A stretch of DNA of 63,481 nt, counting the filler, from Octopus bimaculoides (lineage: Eukaryota): NCBI RefSeq assembly GCF_001194135.2. It is 5 parts of 4 records of this genome, joined end to end, with 100 filler letters (N's around TTAATTAATTAA, not from the genome) between each part and the next. Parts side by side here need not be neighbours in the genome. Positions count along the whole stretch, not along the records: positions 35,931 to 53,331 come from NC_068986.1; 4 more parts are not named here. One strand, given 5' to 3'. A program made the position numbers and the translations under genes. The notes below the pieces were generated by a model. The model was not told where the DNA came from, searched no databases, and was given only the letters and a program-made list of their open reading frames with translations. Positions 39,502 through 51,575 of the stretch are shown in pieces (the first letter of the stretch is position 1; each line of letters opens with the position of its first letter).

Positions 39502-40810
39502 CTGAAAATAATAAAACATCATAAAATGTAAACAAAAGGCAAAATACAACTATTATTTCAACAACATCAACAAGGCAGCCTTTATTCGGTCACTCGATCA
39601 GATTGATATAACAGCCTAATCTTTCTTAAATGATACACTATAATGTAAAAGAAAATTTGGATAATATAGTCAGAGATATGATAAGCACGAAAGGAAAGCA
39701 TGTCATGGCTATAACCGATATGAACAATAATAACATTATCAATAACTGTATCGATCGGAAATTCATAGTTTTGTTTTTTAATTGATAATCGACTAAATAC
39801 ATTGAATATATTGACTGTATAGTGTCTGTCTTTTCTATTTTTATAAGAGGCTGTGCCTAATATACCTCAGATGTACTCTAAATCTCCGATGCCTGTAGAT
39901 ATTCTTAGATGGCAAGGTTACTGTTTGCATGGAACGTATACGCGTAACTCGGCTCTTTGACGGAAATTCAGTCTTGGATCAATCAAGGACCAACACGAGC
40001 GCTTGGCATCTGGAATGTTGTCAGGCATAGCCTCTTATATACTCATGTTTTCCATGCCTGTGTGTTTATTTTCATAACCGATTCTCGTAAACTCACATCC
40101 TTTATGCAATGTTCTTCTCATTCGTCACCTTCGAGGTAAATACAAAAAATATTGGTTCCTCATACAGTTGCATGGCCCAAAATTTTTTCAAGAAAGGTTT
40201 AGGCGATTACTTCGACTCCAAAACTTCACTGATATTTTATTTTGTCGACTTCGAAAGAATGAAAGCAAAGTCAACTTCGACAGGATTTAAGCTGGAAGAA
40301 ACAGTCAGACCTTTTTGCCCGGCGCTCTTATTAAGGTGGTGAGCTTGCAGGATCGTTAACACATCAGACAAAATGCTTCACGGCATTTCATCTTAACGTT
40401 CTGAGTTCAAATGCCGACATGATCGATTTTTACCTTCTATCCTTTCGGGATCGATAGAATAAATACCAGTTTAAGTATTGAGATCGATATAATCGACCTA
40501 TCCACTTCCTCGAAAATGATGACCTTGCCCTATAATCTGAAATTATTATTATTATTAAGAAGTCATCATCATCATCATCATCATCATTATAAAGGCGGCG
40601 AGCTGACAGAATCGTTAGCACGCCGGGGAAAAAAAAACTTAGCGGCATTTCGTCCGTGTTAGCGTTCTGTGTTCAAATGCCAACTGGATTGATTTTACCT
40701 TTCATCCTTTCAGGGTCGATAAATTAAGTACCAGTGAAACATTGGGATCGATGTAATCGACTAGTCCCTCCTCCCCCACAATTTCGGGCCTTGTGCCGGT
40801 AGTAGAAAGG

Positions 40811-40843
<33 letters not shown>

Positions 40844-40854
40844 GTTACTATTAC

Positions 40855-40893
<39 letters not shown>

Positions 40894-40965
40894 CATCATC
40901 ATCATCATCATTCTTCTTCTTCTTCTTCTTCTTATTATTATTATTATTATCATTANNNNNNNNNN

Positions 40966-41385
40966 CTACTAAGCGCAGCTCTGTGTGCCTTCGGTGTGTG
41001 CTGTGGTCTGTTGTGGTGCTCCTACTTTCACTGTATTGAAAGTATTTTACGTAGGATGTGCGCGGTGCCTAGTAGTGCTATTTTCAGTATACTTGTAAGT
41101 TCTGGTGTTTTTGTTATGTATTTTTCTGAATGATTTTTTTTTTATCATACCTAATGCGCCTACTATGATAGGAATTGTTTGTTTTTTGGCTCCACATTCG
41201 AATTACCTCTATTTCCAGATCTTTGTATTCTCAAAGTATCTCCGTTTCTTTTAGAGAAACATTATCATCTGTTGATACAGGTACATCGATTACAAAACAT
41301 TTTTTTTCTTGGTGATCCCTGACAACTATACCCGGCCTATTTGCCTTAATTTCTCTATCTGTGTGTAATTGGCATATGAAGTAAG
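40966..41385 (-). mobile_element. R4/Dong-clade non-LTR retrotransposon 3' end (RLE endonuclease domain and 3' UTR)
   Basis: TDREIKANRPGIVVRD..EKKCFVIDV...DDNVSLKETE...YKDLEIE..RMW and KIALLGTAHILRK. Confidence 0.85.
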
Positions 41386-41679
41386 TGCCAGTGAAATACT
41401 GGGGTTGATGTAATCTACTTAACCCCTCCTCGTATTTCCGGGCCTTGTGCTTATAGTAGACAGGATTATTATTAGTGTTGGGAGTAGCGAGCTCGCAGAG
41501 GTCGACTTTGTCTTTCATCCTTTTGGGGTCGATAAAATAAATGCCAGTCAAGTAGTGGGGGAAATTCTACCAACTGACACCCTCCTTTCAAAGCTGCTGG
41601 CCTCGTGCCAAAATTTGAAAGAATTAGTATTATTATTCAGAATGTTGTAAGTATGTTCATCACCACTTTTCAACATCGG

Positions 41680-41820
41680 AGTGTGGGAAGCGGTTTCGCG
41701 TTGGAGCTCGTTAGACATGACGTCACGTGACTGGCACATCGCGAACTGTTAAGGAGGGCACAGGAGACATGCAGGTGTCTACATATGTTTCTTAAGACAC
41801 TCACGTGTGCACGTGTGAGA
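41680..41820. promoter_or_regulatory. Putative bHLH/Notch-responsive enhancer upstream of the HELT-like exon
   Basis: TGTGGGAA (41682), TGACGTCA overlapping CACGTG (41718-41729), CAGGTG (41772), CATATG (41782), CACGTG x2 (41802, 41810) in CpG-rich, non-repeat DNA. Confidence 0.4.
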
Positions 41821-42621
41821 GGGGCCTGTCTTCGTCACAGAAGAACTGTGCGACTGTATGAGAAGCCGTGTGTACGCTGGTGGCATGACGTTTTCGTAGA
41901 CGTGCCGCCTGCTTGTGTGTGTGTGTGTGTGTGTGTGTGAGCGTGAGCGTGGAGATGGTGTATTTCTCTCGTTGTTATTGTTGTTGTACACTTGAAAATT
42001 AAAGACGACTCAAGGTTGGTGAAGTGGAGTGGGTGGTAGTTGTGTTGGTGTGTGTTAATGTGTGTGTGTCTGAGCACCAAGTACATCCTCGCACGCAAAT
42101 GGAACACGTGTCGCCTCTGTTGCAGTGTATACTACCACGGCATAACCTCCNNNNNNNNNNNNNNNNNNNNNNNNNNNNNNNNNNNNNNNNNNNNNNNNNN
42201 NNNNNNNNNNNNNNNNNNNNNNNNNNNNNNNNNNNNNNNNNNNNNNNNNNNNNNNNNNNNNNNNNNNNNNNNNNNNNNNNNNNNNNNNNNNNNNNNNNNN
42301 NNNNNNNNNNNNNNNNNNNNNNNNNNNNNNNNNNNNNNNNNNNNNNNNNNNNNNNNNNNNNNNNNNNNNNNNNNNNNNNNNNNNNNNNNNNNNNNNNNNN
42401 NNNNNNNNNNNNNNNNNNNNNNNNNNNNNNNNNNNNNNNNNNNNNNNNNNNNNNNNNNNNNNNNNNNNNNNNNNNNNNNNNNNNNNNNNNNNNNNNNNNN
42501 NNNNNNNNNNNNNNNNNNNNNNNNNNNNNNNNNNNNNNNNNNNNNNNNNNNNNNNNNNNNNNNNNNNNNNNNNNNNNNNNNNNNNNNNNNNNNNNNNNNN
42601 NNNNNNNNNNNNNNNNNNNNN

Positions 42622-42668
<47 letters not shown>

Positions 42669-45100
42669 CCACGCTCTGACACACACAAATGTACACATAT
42701 ACTATAGACATAACACGCATTTAAAATTAAACACAATAAAAACACAAAAATGCACACAGGCATTCATACAATTTCACACATATACACATGCACGCATGCA
42801 CATAAATGCACTTACTGACATAAATATCCATAATTATACACACACATTAGAAAAATTGCACACTAACATCTACACATGAACACACTATAGAATACACATA
42901 ACATACACACATTTAGACATAGAGAAAATAACTCACTCAAATGTTTGCATAAACACCCATACCTCTATAGACATAAACATATACAAACACGACTAAATTT
43001 CCCACCTTTCTTCCTTCGTTCTCTATTCTTTTTCTTTAGAGGTTGTCTGTTCACTTCCTTCTCTCTGTCTCTGCATATATCTGTTCCCACTTTTCTTTAC
43101 CTACATCTATCTCGCACATTCTACCTTTCTATCTATCTATCTGTCTGTCTGTCTGTCTGTCATCACATTTTCTCTTCCTCCGTATCATTTTTATATCACT
43201 AGCATTTCTTCTTCTCATCTCTCTTCCTCCCATCACTTTCTACTCTTTGCCCACTTTCTCACTATTTTCCTCATTTAAAGACCTAANNNNNNNNNNNNNN
43301 NNNNNNNNNNNNNNNNNNNNNNNNNNNNNNNNNNNNNNNNNNNNNNNNNNNNNNNNNNNNNNNNNNNNNNNNNNNNNNNNNNNNNNNNNNNNNNNNNNNN
43401 NNNNNNNNNNNNNNNNNNNNNNNNNNNNNNNNNNNNNNNNNNNNNNNNNNNNNNNNNNNNNNNNNNNNNNNNNNNNNNNNNNNNNNNNNNNNNNNNNNNN
43501 NNNNNNNNNNNNNNNNNNNNNNNNNNNNNNNNNNNNNNNNNNNNNNNNNNNNNNNNNNNNNNNNNNNNNNNNNNNNNNNNNNNNNNNNNNNNNNNNNNNN
43601 NNNNNNNNNNNNNNNNNNNNNNNNNNNNNNNNNNNNNNNNNNNNNNNNNNNNNNNNNNNNNNNNNNNNNNNNNNNNNNNNNNNNNNNNNNNNNNNNNNNN
43701 NNNNNNNNNNNNNNNNNNNNNNNNNNNNNNNNNNNNNNNNNNNNNNNNNNNNNNNNNNNNNNNNNNNNNNNNNNNNNNNNNNNNNNNNNNNNNNNNNNNN
43801 NNNNNNNNNNATATATATTATATATTATATTATATTATATTATATTATATTACACACACACACATATACGCGCGCACGCACATGAAAGCAGAAAAATGGA
43901 ATATTTGTGTTTGTGAAAAGAATAGATGATGATGATGATGATGATGATGATGACGACGACGACGATGATGTGGAAGAAAGGGGTTACTTCGGTCGGTTTG
44001 CCAAGGTACCTATGTACTTGTATAGCAATAATGATGGCTGTACTGTGTGTGTGCGTATCTACGGTCTTGTATGTATATATGTATGTATGTATGCATGCAT
44101 ATATGTCTACGTGTGTGTGTTGGTTTACACACGCACACACATACACACATACATATGTATATCTATGTATATTCATGGAGGTGTGTGTGTGTGTGTGTGT
44201 GTGCGTGTGCGTGCGCTGATCCTTTCTTGTTTTCATGTACATAATTACTCCCCAATTTGTTAGTTACTCAATCTGAGTAACTAACCATCTCCAGAGGCTA
44301 GTTATTGTCTCGGCTGACTGCCGGATCGTGCCGCTAGCCAAGCATACAATAGACTTCTACAGGTGCTGACATTAACTCTCCACTGTCTACTTTAGAATGG
44401 GCATATAATCTGCAAGCCGTGATTCCAAACACTCGCTACCATCAGCTGCTGTCTATATTTTACTTACAAAACCTCCCACGATATACATAGGCCACACAGT
44501 ATCCATGTTTCGCTTAAGTTGCAGCTTATTCCAAATTAAAATCATTTATGTTGCTTCCGTAGGTCCGCTCTCCCCACCACTATTGCAAACCGTCTCACCA
44601 CTACCATGTTCCAGTAACTCTTTATTTGACTTTATGGCCCCTATCTAACTTTTGACGAAGACTACTTTATCTCCTGCTCCATTTTATCCATATCCACCGA
44701 TCCCCTAGCATCAGTTTCTTCGTTTGTTAAGTCCTTAACAAAACAGCAATTATCACATTGTTACGTAAGTGGTTGTACGCTAACGCTGTTATTTAACATA
44801 AATGTTGGGGAGGAAGTCAGGCAGATTGCATAAGGATGAAAATACTGTTCTTCTTAGCAGGAGAGAAGGATGTAGGGGTAATTAATGTACGCCACCTCAT
44901 CATATAAAACATGCAGATCTACATAATGTTACTACGACAATGTAATTTTAAACAATTCTCCTTGAGTACATTTTACTATAAGCGAACGGAGTCATTTTAT
45001 GGTTTCAGCCTTTTACGCTCTCAGTTCAAATTTTTCCTATTTTACTTTCATGCTTCCACCTTCGATAAACTAATGTATTAACAATATATTTATATTTCAA

Positions 45101-45470
45101 AGGCGGCGAGCTGGCACAAACGTTAGCACGCCGAGCGAAATGCTTAGCGGTATTTCGTCTGCCGTTACGTTCTGAGTTCAAATTCCGCCGAGGTCGACTT
45201 TACCTTTCATCCTTTCGGGGTCGATAAATAAAGTACCAGTTATGCACTGGGGTCGATGTAATCGACTTAATCCCTTTGTCTGTCCTTGTTTGTCCCCTCT
45301 ATGTTTAGCCCCTTGTAGGCAATAAAGAAATAAGAAACGTTAGCCTGGCGAAATGCTTAGCGGTATATTGTCTGTCTTTATGTTCTGAGTTCAAATTCCG
45401 CCGAGGTCGACTTGGCCTTTCATCCTTTCGGGTTCGATAAATTAAGTACCAGCTGTGTATTGGGGTCGAT
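45101..45470 (+). mobile_element. Two tandem SINE family A copies, CpG-intact
   Basis: aaggcggcgagctggc...ttagcacgccg...gttctgagttcaaattccgccgaggtcgact..., second copy from ~45335. Confidence 0.85.
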
Positions 45471-45477
45471 CTAATCC

Positions 45478-46214
45478 ATCATTCCATGCTTTTCGTATGC
45501 AAGCCAGCGGGGCTCGCTCTGAGCATTCTAATTTTTTCACAGTGAACGTACCGGCCGCCTCGGACACTCGGCGAAAAGCACCCTCGGAGGAACCGTCCGG
45601 GCCGAAACGACCGGGAGGTGGACGCGCTACTGCAACGCGAACGGCGACGCCCGACGACGCCTGCCTCGTGGCTTCCGCACCGACCCGCGCAGGCGTGNNN
45701 NNNNNNNNNNNNNNNNNNNNNNNNNNNNNNNNNNNNNNNNNNNNNNNNNNNNNNNNNNNNNNNNNNNNNNNNNNNNNNNNNNNNNNNNNNNNNNNNNNNN
45801 NNNNNNNNNNNNNNNNNNNNNNNNNNNNNNNNNNNNNNNNNNNNNNNNNNNNNNNNNNNNNNNNNNNNNNNNNNNNNNNNNNNNNNNNNNNNNNNNNNNN
45901 NNNNNNNNNNNNNNNNNNNNNNNNNNNNNNNNNNNNNNNNNNNGGACGCGCGCGAGGCGCGCCCGCGACGGTGCCGTCGCCCCGAACGTGCTGGGGCACG
46001 TTTTCGTGACCCGAATTCCGGCTACGAGCTTTTCAAAAGCAATAATTTTAATATACGCTACCGGAGCTGGAATTACCACGGCTGCTGGCACCAGACTTGT
46101 CCTCCGGTCGATCCTCGTTAACGGATTTGAAGTGTACTCATTCCGATCGCGGGGCCTCGGCAGAGTCCCGCGTCGTTATTTTTCGTCACTACCTCCCCGT
46201 GCCGGGAGTGGGTA
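45478..46214 (-). rRNA. 18S rRNA: Isolated 18S rRNA fragment (about V3-V4), probably an rDNA pseudogene, interrupted by a gap
   Basis: rc contains GGGGAGGTAGTGACGAAAAATAAC, GTCTGGTGCCAGCAGCCGTGGTAATTCCAGCTCC and GCGTATATTAAA; GC-rich expanded V4; both ends abut SINE or microsatellite DNA. Confidence 0.92.
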
Positions 46215-46596
46215 TCATCATCATCATCATCATTATTATTACTATTTTCGCCGAGGTCGACTTTACCTTTCATCCTTTCGAGGTCGGTAAATTGAGTACT
46301 AGTTACACACTGGGTTAGATGTAATTGACTAGTCACTTCCCCACAAATTTCAGGCCTTGTATCTATAGTGGAAAGGTTTATAATTATTATTGAGGTGGTG
46401 AACTGGCACAGTCATTAGCATGACGCAAAAAATGCTTCGCGGTGTTTCATCTGTCTTAGTTCAAATTCCGCCGAGGTCGACTTTGCTTTTTATCCTTTCG
46501 GGGCTGATAAATTAAGTGCCAGTTGAGCTCTAGGGTCCATATAATCGACTAGACCTCTCCCCTAAAATTTCAGGCCTTGTGCCTATAATAGAAAGT

Positions 46597-48060
46597 TTTT
46601 TGGTAACCATGGATGTTTCTTCCTTATATCCCATTATAAGGAGTAGAAGCATGCATGGATGCCTTCGAAAAGCGGTCAAACAAGAGTATTCCATCAAATT
46701 TTCTCTGTAGATTATTGAGTGAAGTTTAGACAAAGATTTTACCACCAGACGAAAGGTTGCGTCATGGGTATCCCCATAGCAGTTAATTTCGCTAATGTCT
46801 TCATGACGAAATTCGAGACAGTTACTGAGGACATTCAAATCCCTTCATGGTCATGAACCAATACTCTGGTTACGGTTCATTGATGACGTATTTTTTGTCT
46901 GGGAAGGATCACATGATAGTTTAATCGACTTTTTGCATTTCTGTGACTGTTATGCTAAAAACTATAGTTTTAAGTCCAACATAAAATTTACGTCTAGTTT
47001 TTCAAAAACTAGTGTTGAATTTTTGGACATAAAAGTCAAGTTTTCTGGGGGCAGAATAGTGACAGAGTTATTTTGCAAGCCCACGTCATCCCACATTTAT
47101 CTCCACCGCCGCTCCGATCATCCACATCATATTATTCGGTTAAAACCGAAATCCCAACTTTTGAGGATAAAACGGATTTGCACTGACATAGGGGATTACT
47201 GGAAACATGCAAATGCTTTTGTATGTCATTATGTCAAACGAGGTTACAGTGAATCACGTTTAAAGAAAATAGCAAGTGAAATAGCTAAGATTAGCAAAGA
47301 TAGTCAAACCTTCACGCATAATTTTAGCAAACACTATACAATAGATGACAGAATTTCTGTAGTGATTAACTGGCACCGAAATTTCGCTGGCATTTCAAAA
47401 GTGTTGCATGAAAGTTACCAGCATGTGGCGAAAAAAATCCTCGTTTTAAACAGATATTTTCTCAGTCGCCTATCGTAGCCTTTAGACGGAATAAGAATAG
47501 AAGAGAATTATTGGACTCCAAGAAAACGAGCATTGGTGTATCTGCACGCTGTACTTTGAAAAACAGCTGCAAGAGAGGTAAGCCCTGTTCATTGTGCAAC
47601 AACATGAGTCAAGTGAATTCCATCAGGAATCATAACAGAAATGTTATAATTTATACAGAAGGTGGGACATGTAGAGATTCTTATTTAGTGTACGCGGCAG
47701 AATGCATGAAACACAACTTGATTTATATTGATTGTACAACAGAACAATTAAACAAAAAGTTTAATGGGCACAGATTCGACGTCTGGCACAATAACTTCAC
47801 TTTCACTTCTCAGAATGCATGAGGAGAAATATGTTTGCAGGTTATTAACATCACGCCCTGGAGGAATGAATAAAATGACAGGAGAATATCATCAAATTTA
47901 TGCAAAACTTTCATTAAGTATTCTTCTTTTTCCTTTTCTTTTTTCTTTCCTCTTTTTTTCTGTCTTTTTTCTTGTCTTCTTTTTTCTGTCTTTTTCTTTT
48001 CGCCTGTTATAAAATTGAAACTTAAAAACTGATGATGTCGTTCCATTAACGTGTGGACGC
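46597..48060 (+). mobile_element. Penelope-like retroelement (RT plus GIY-YIG), frameshifted and 5'-truncated
   Basis: VTMDVSSLY, FYHQTKGCVMG, WLRFIDDVFFVW, FLDI, KPTSSHIYLH..SDHP, SQLLRIKRIC; then C..C...LVYAAECMKHNLIYIDCT...LNKKFNGH. Confidence 0.92.
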
Positions 48061-48261
48061 TGGTTGCTCGCGTTCAGACTTTAAATTTAAATTTCTATAA
48101 TTTTGAATTTTTATCACCTCTTATTTTGAACTTGACAAAGTCAGACAACTTGTCTGTTTTATACCTTTGTGAAGAGTTACGTCAATCCTTTTTATATTAT
48201 TATTATTATTATTATTATTATTGTTGTTATTATTATTGTTCAGTAGTTTTATTTTTATAAC

Positions 48262-48361
48262 GTGCTTTCACTTCACTACCGAGCGCAGCTCTGTGTGCCT
48301 TGGGTATGTGCTGTGGTTTGCTGTGGTGCTCTTATGGTTACTGTATTGAAAGTGTTCTGCG
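48262..48361 (-). mobile_element. R4/Dong 3'-terminal fragment embedded in (TTA)n
   Basis: gcgcagctctgtgtgcctt..gtgctgtgg..tgtggtgctc matches 40966-41050. Confidence 0.75.
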
Positions 48362-48643
48362 TTATTATTATTATCATTATCATTATTATTATTATCATTA
48401 TTATTATTATTATTATAATTATTATTATTAAGGCGGTGAGCAGGTAGAATCATTAGCAAGCCAGACGAAATGCTTTGCGGTATTTCGTCTGCCGGTACGT
48501 TCTGAGTTCAAATTCTGCCGGGGTCGACTTTGTCTTTCATTCTTTCGGGGTCAATTAAATAAGTACCAGTTACGCACTGGGATTGATGTAATCGGCTTAA
48601 TCCCTTCCTCCAAATTTGAGGCACTGTGCTTCCAGTAGAACGG

Positions 48644-48808
<165 letters not shown>

Positions 48809-49860
48809 NNNNNNNNNNNNNNNNNNNNNNNNNNNNNNNNNNNNNNNNNNNNNNNNNNNNNNNNNNNNNNNNNNNNNNNNNNNNNNNNNNNNNNNNNNNN
48901 NNNNNNNNNNNNNNNNNNNNNNNNNNNNNNNNNNNNNNNNNNNNNNNNNNNNNNNNNNNNNNNNNNNNNNNNNNNNNNNNNNNNNNNNNNNNNNNNNNNN
49001 NNNNNNNNNNNNNNNNNNNNNNNNNNNNNNNNNNNNNNNNNNNNNNNNNNNNNNNNNNNNNNNNNNNNNNNNNNNNNNNNNNNNNNNNNNNNNNNNNNNN
49101 NNNNNNNNNNNNNNNNNNNNNNNNNNNNNNNNNNNNNNNNNNNNNNNNNNNNNNNNNNNNNNNNNNNNNNNNNNNNNNNNNNNNNNNNNNNNNNNNNNNN
49201 NNNNNNNNNNNNNNNNNNNNNNNNNNNNNNNNNNNNNNNNNNNNNNNNNNNNNNNNNNNNNNNNNNNNNNNNNNNNNNNNNNNNNNNNNNNNNNNNNNNN
49301 NNNNNNNNNNNNNNNNNNNNNNNNNNNNNNNNNNNNNNNNNNNNNNNNNNNNNNNNNNNNNNNNNNNNNNNNNNNNNNNNNNNNNNNNNNNNNNNNNNNN
49401 NNNNNNNNNNNNNNNNNNNNNNNNNNNNNNNNNNNNNNNNNNNNNNNNNNNNNNNNNNNNNNNNNNNNNNNNNNNNNNNNNNNNNNNNNNNNNNNNNNNN
49501 NNNNNNNNNNNNNNNNNNNNNNNNNNNNNNNNNNNNNNNNNNNNNNNNNNNNNNNNNNNNNNNNNNNNNNNNNNNNNNNNNNNNNNNNNNNNNNNNNNNN
49601 NNNNNNNNNNNNNNNNNNNNNNNNNNNNNNNNNNNNNNNNNNNNNNNNNNNNNNNNNNNNNNNNNNNNNNNNNNNNNNNNNNNNNNNNNNNNNNNGTAGT
49701 ATTTCGGCCGTCACTACATTCTGAGTTCAAATTCTGCCGAGGTCAACTTTGTCTTTTATCCTTTCGGGTCGATAAATTAAGTACCTGTTGAGTACTGGGG
49801 TTGATGTAATCAACACACCCCCTCCCTCCAAATTGCTGCCCTTGTGGTAAAATTTGAGAC

Positions 49861-49893
<33 letters not shown>

Positions 49894-50851
49894 AGATAGT
49901 TTGTTAGGTTCAGAAGTAAGTAGTTAGACGAAAATTTTTAGGTTTGTTGGCGTTATTATTATTCTTGTTCTTGTGGTAATAGCTATTGTTGTTGCATGTG
50001 TGAAGAATTTATAGCTTTACAATGTCATCTCGCGTCACCACCACCACCACCACCACCACCACCATGCTTATTCCGGTTTCAGACGGCCTAAAGCGGAAAC
50101 GCATCGTAAAGGGCCACGTGACTACGGTCCGTGTTATGGCTATTGTGTAAAATTCACCATCTGATAAGGGCCGCATTCTCAGCTTTTGTCCATGCGGTCA
50201 AGGAATCTTTTCTCGTGAAGTCGTCTTATAAAACACACGCATGTATGTATATGTATGCTTGCATTTATGTATGTATACATGACACCCCATATACATACAT
50301 ACATACATACATTCATACATACATACAATACAATACATACATAAATATGTATGTATATAGTTATAGCAGTGATGTAGATGCTGGTAGGGAAACGTTGTAT
50401 AAGACACAAATTAAGGACAAAAATCAACGCTGGCTAGATGTTAGTTAAACTACACCACACTTCAGTGGGCGAGCGACAGGCATGCCGCACGGCACGCGCC
50501 GCACCGAAGGTCAGAGAAGCCGCCACAATGACGTCACTTTGTACAAAGCACTGACAATTACACTGAATCTAACATGGAGAAGCAGCTTGTCTAAATGCCC
50601 GGATGACCACCTAAACGATGTGATTGTATGGTGGTGGTGGTGGTAGTGATGGGTGAAGGGGCGATTGGCTTTGTGTGGGAGTAGAAGAGGTAACGGTGAT
50701 AATAGGAGGTAAAGTGTGCGTGTGAGTGAGGTTTAGTGGGAGATAGACGTGTGAACTGGAAGGCCAACATCGTTTGGCATTATTGCTACATTTATTATCG
50801 TGTTACAGAGTTGATGAACAGTGTTTAGGTTGTAATTGCGAATGAATGCAG

Positions 50852-50940
<89 letters not shown>

Positions 50941-51515
50941 NNNNNNNNNNNNNNNNNNNNNNNNNNNNNNNNNNNNNNNNNNNNNNNNNNNNNNNNNNNN
51001 NNNNNNNNNNNNNNNNNNNNNNNNNNNNNNNNNNNNNNNNNNNNNNNNNNNNNNNNNNNNNNNNNNNNNNNNNNNNNNNNNNNNNNNNNNNNNNNNNNNN
51101 NNNNNNNNNNNNNNNNNNNNNNNNNNNNNNNNNNNNNNNNNNNNNNNNNNNNNNNNNNNNNNNNNNNNNNNNNNNNNNNNNNNNNNNNNNNNNNNNNNNN
51201 NNNNNNNNNNNNNNNNNNNNNNNNNNNNNNNNNNNNNNNNNNNNNNNNNNNNNNNNNNNNNNNNNNNNNNNNNNNNNNNNNNNNNNNNNNNNNNNNNNNN
51301 NNNNNNNNNNNNNNNNNNNNNNNNNNNNNNNNNNNNNNNNNNNNNNNNNNNNNNNNNNNNNNNNNNNNNNNNNNNNNNNNNNNNNNNNNNNNNNNNNNNN
51401 NNNNNNNNNNNNNNNNNNNNNNNNNNNNNNNNNNNNNNNNNNNNNNNNNNNNNNNNNNNNNNNNNNNNNNNNNNNNNNNNNNNNNNNNNNNNNNNNNNNN
51501 NNNNNNNNNNNNNNN

Positions 51516-51575
<60 letters not shown>

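Noticed and set aside
40091-40135. Minus-strand MRRTLHKG plus GTGAGT donor as HELT exon 1
   Set aside because: The donor is phase 1; joining to the phase-0 exon creates a stop and frameshift
41548-41739. ORF MSNELQRETASH... as HELT exon 1
   Set aside because: No convincing in-phase donor and no HELT-like N-terminus
44290-44760. VYILL...IYIGHT, a GIY-YIG-like remnant
   Set aside because: Single short motif amid stops; no supporting RT sequence
45455-46290. GC-rich ORFs around 45.4-46.3 kb
   Set aside because: Spurious translations of the 18S fragment
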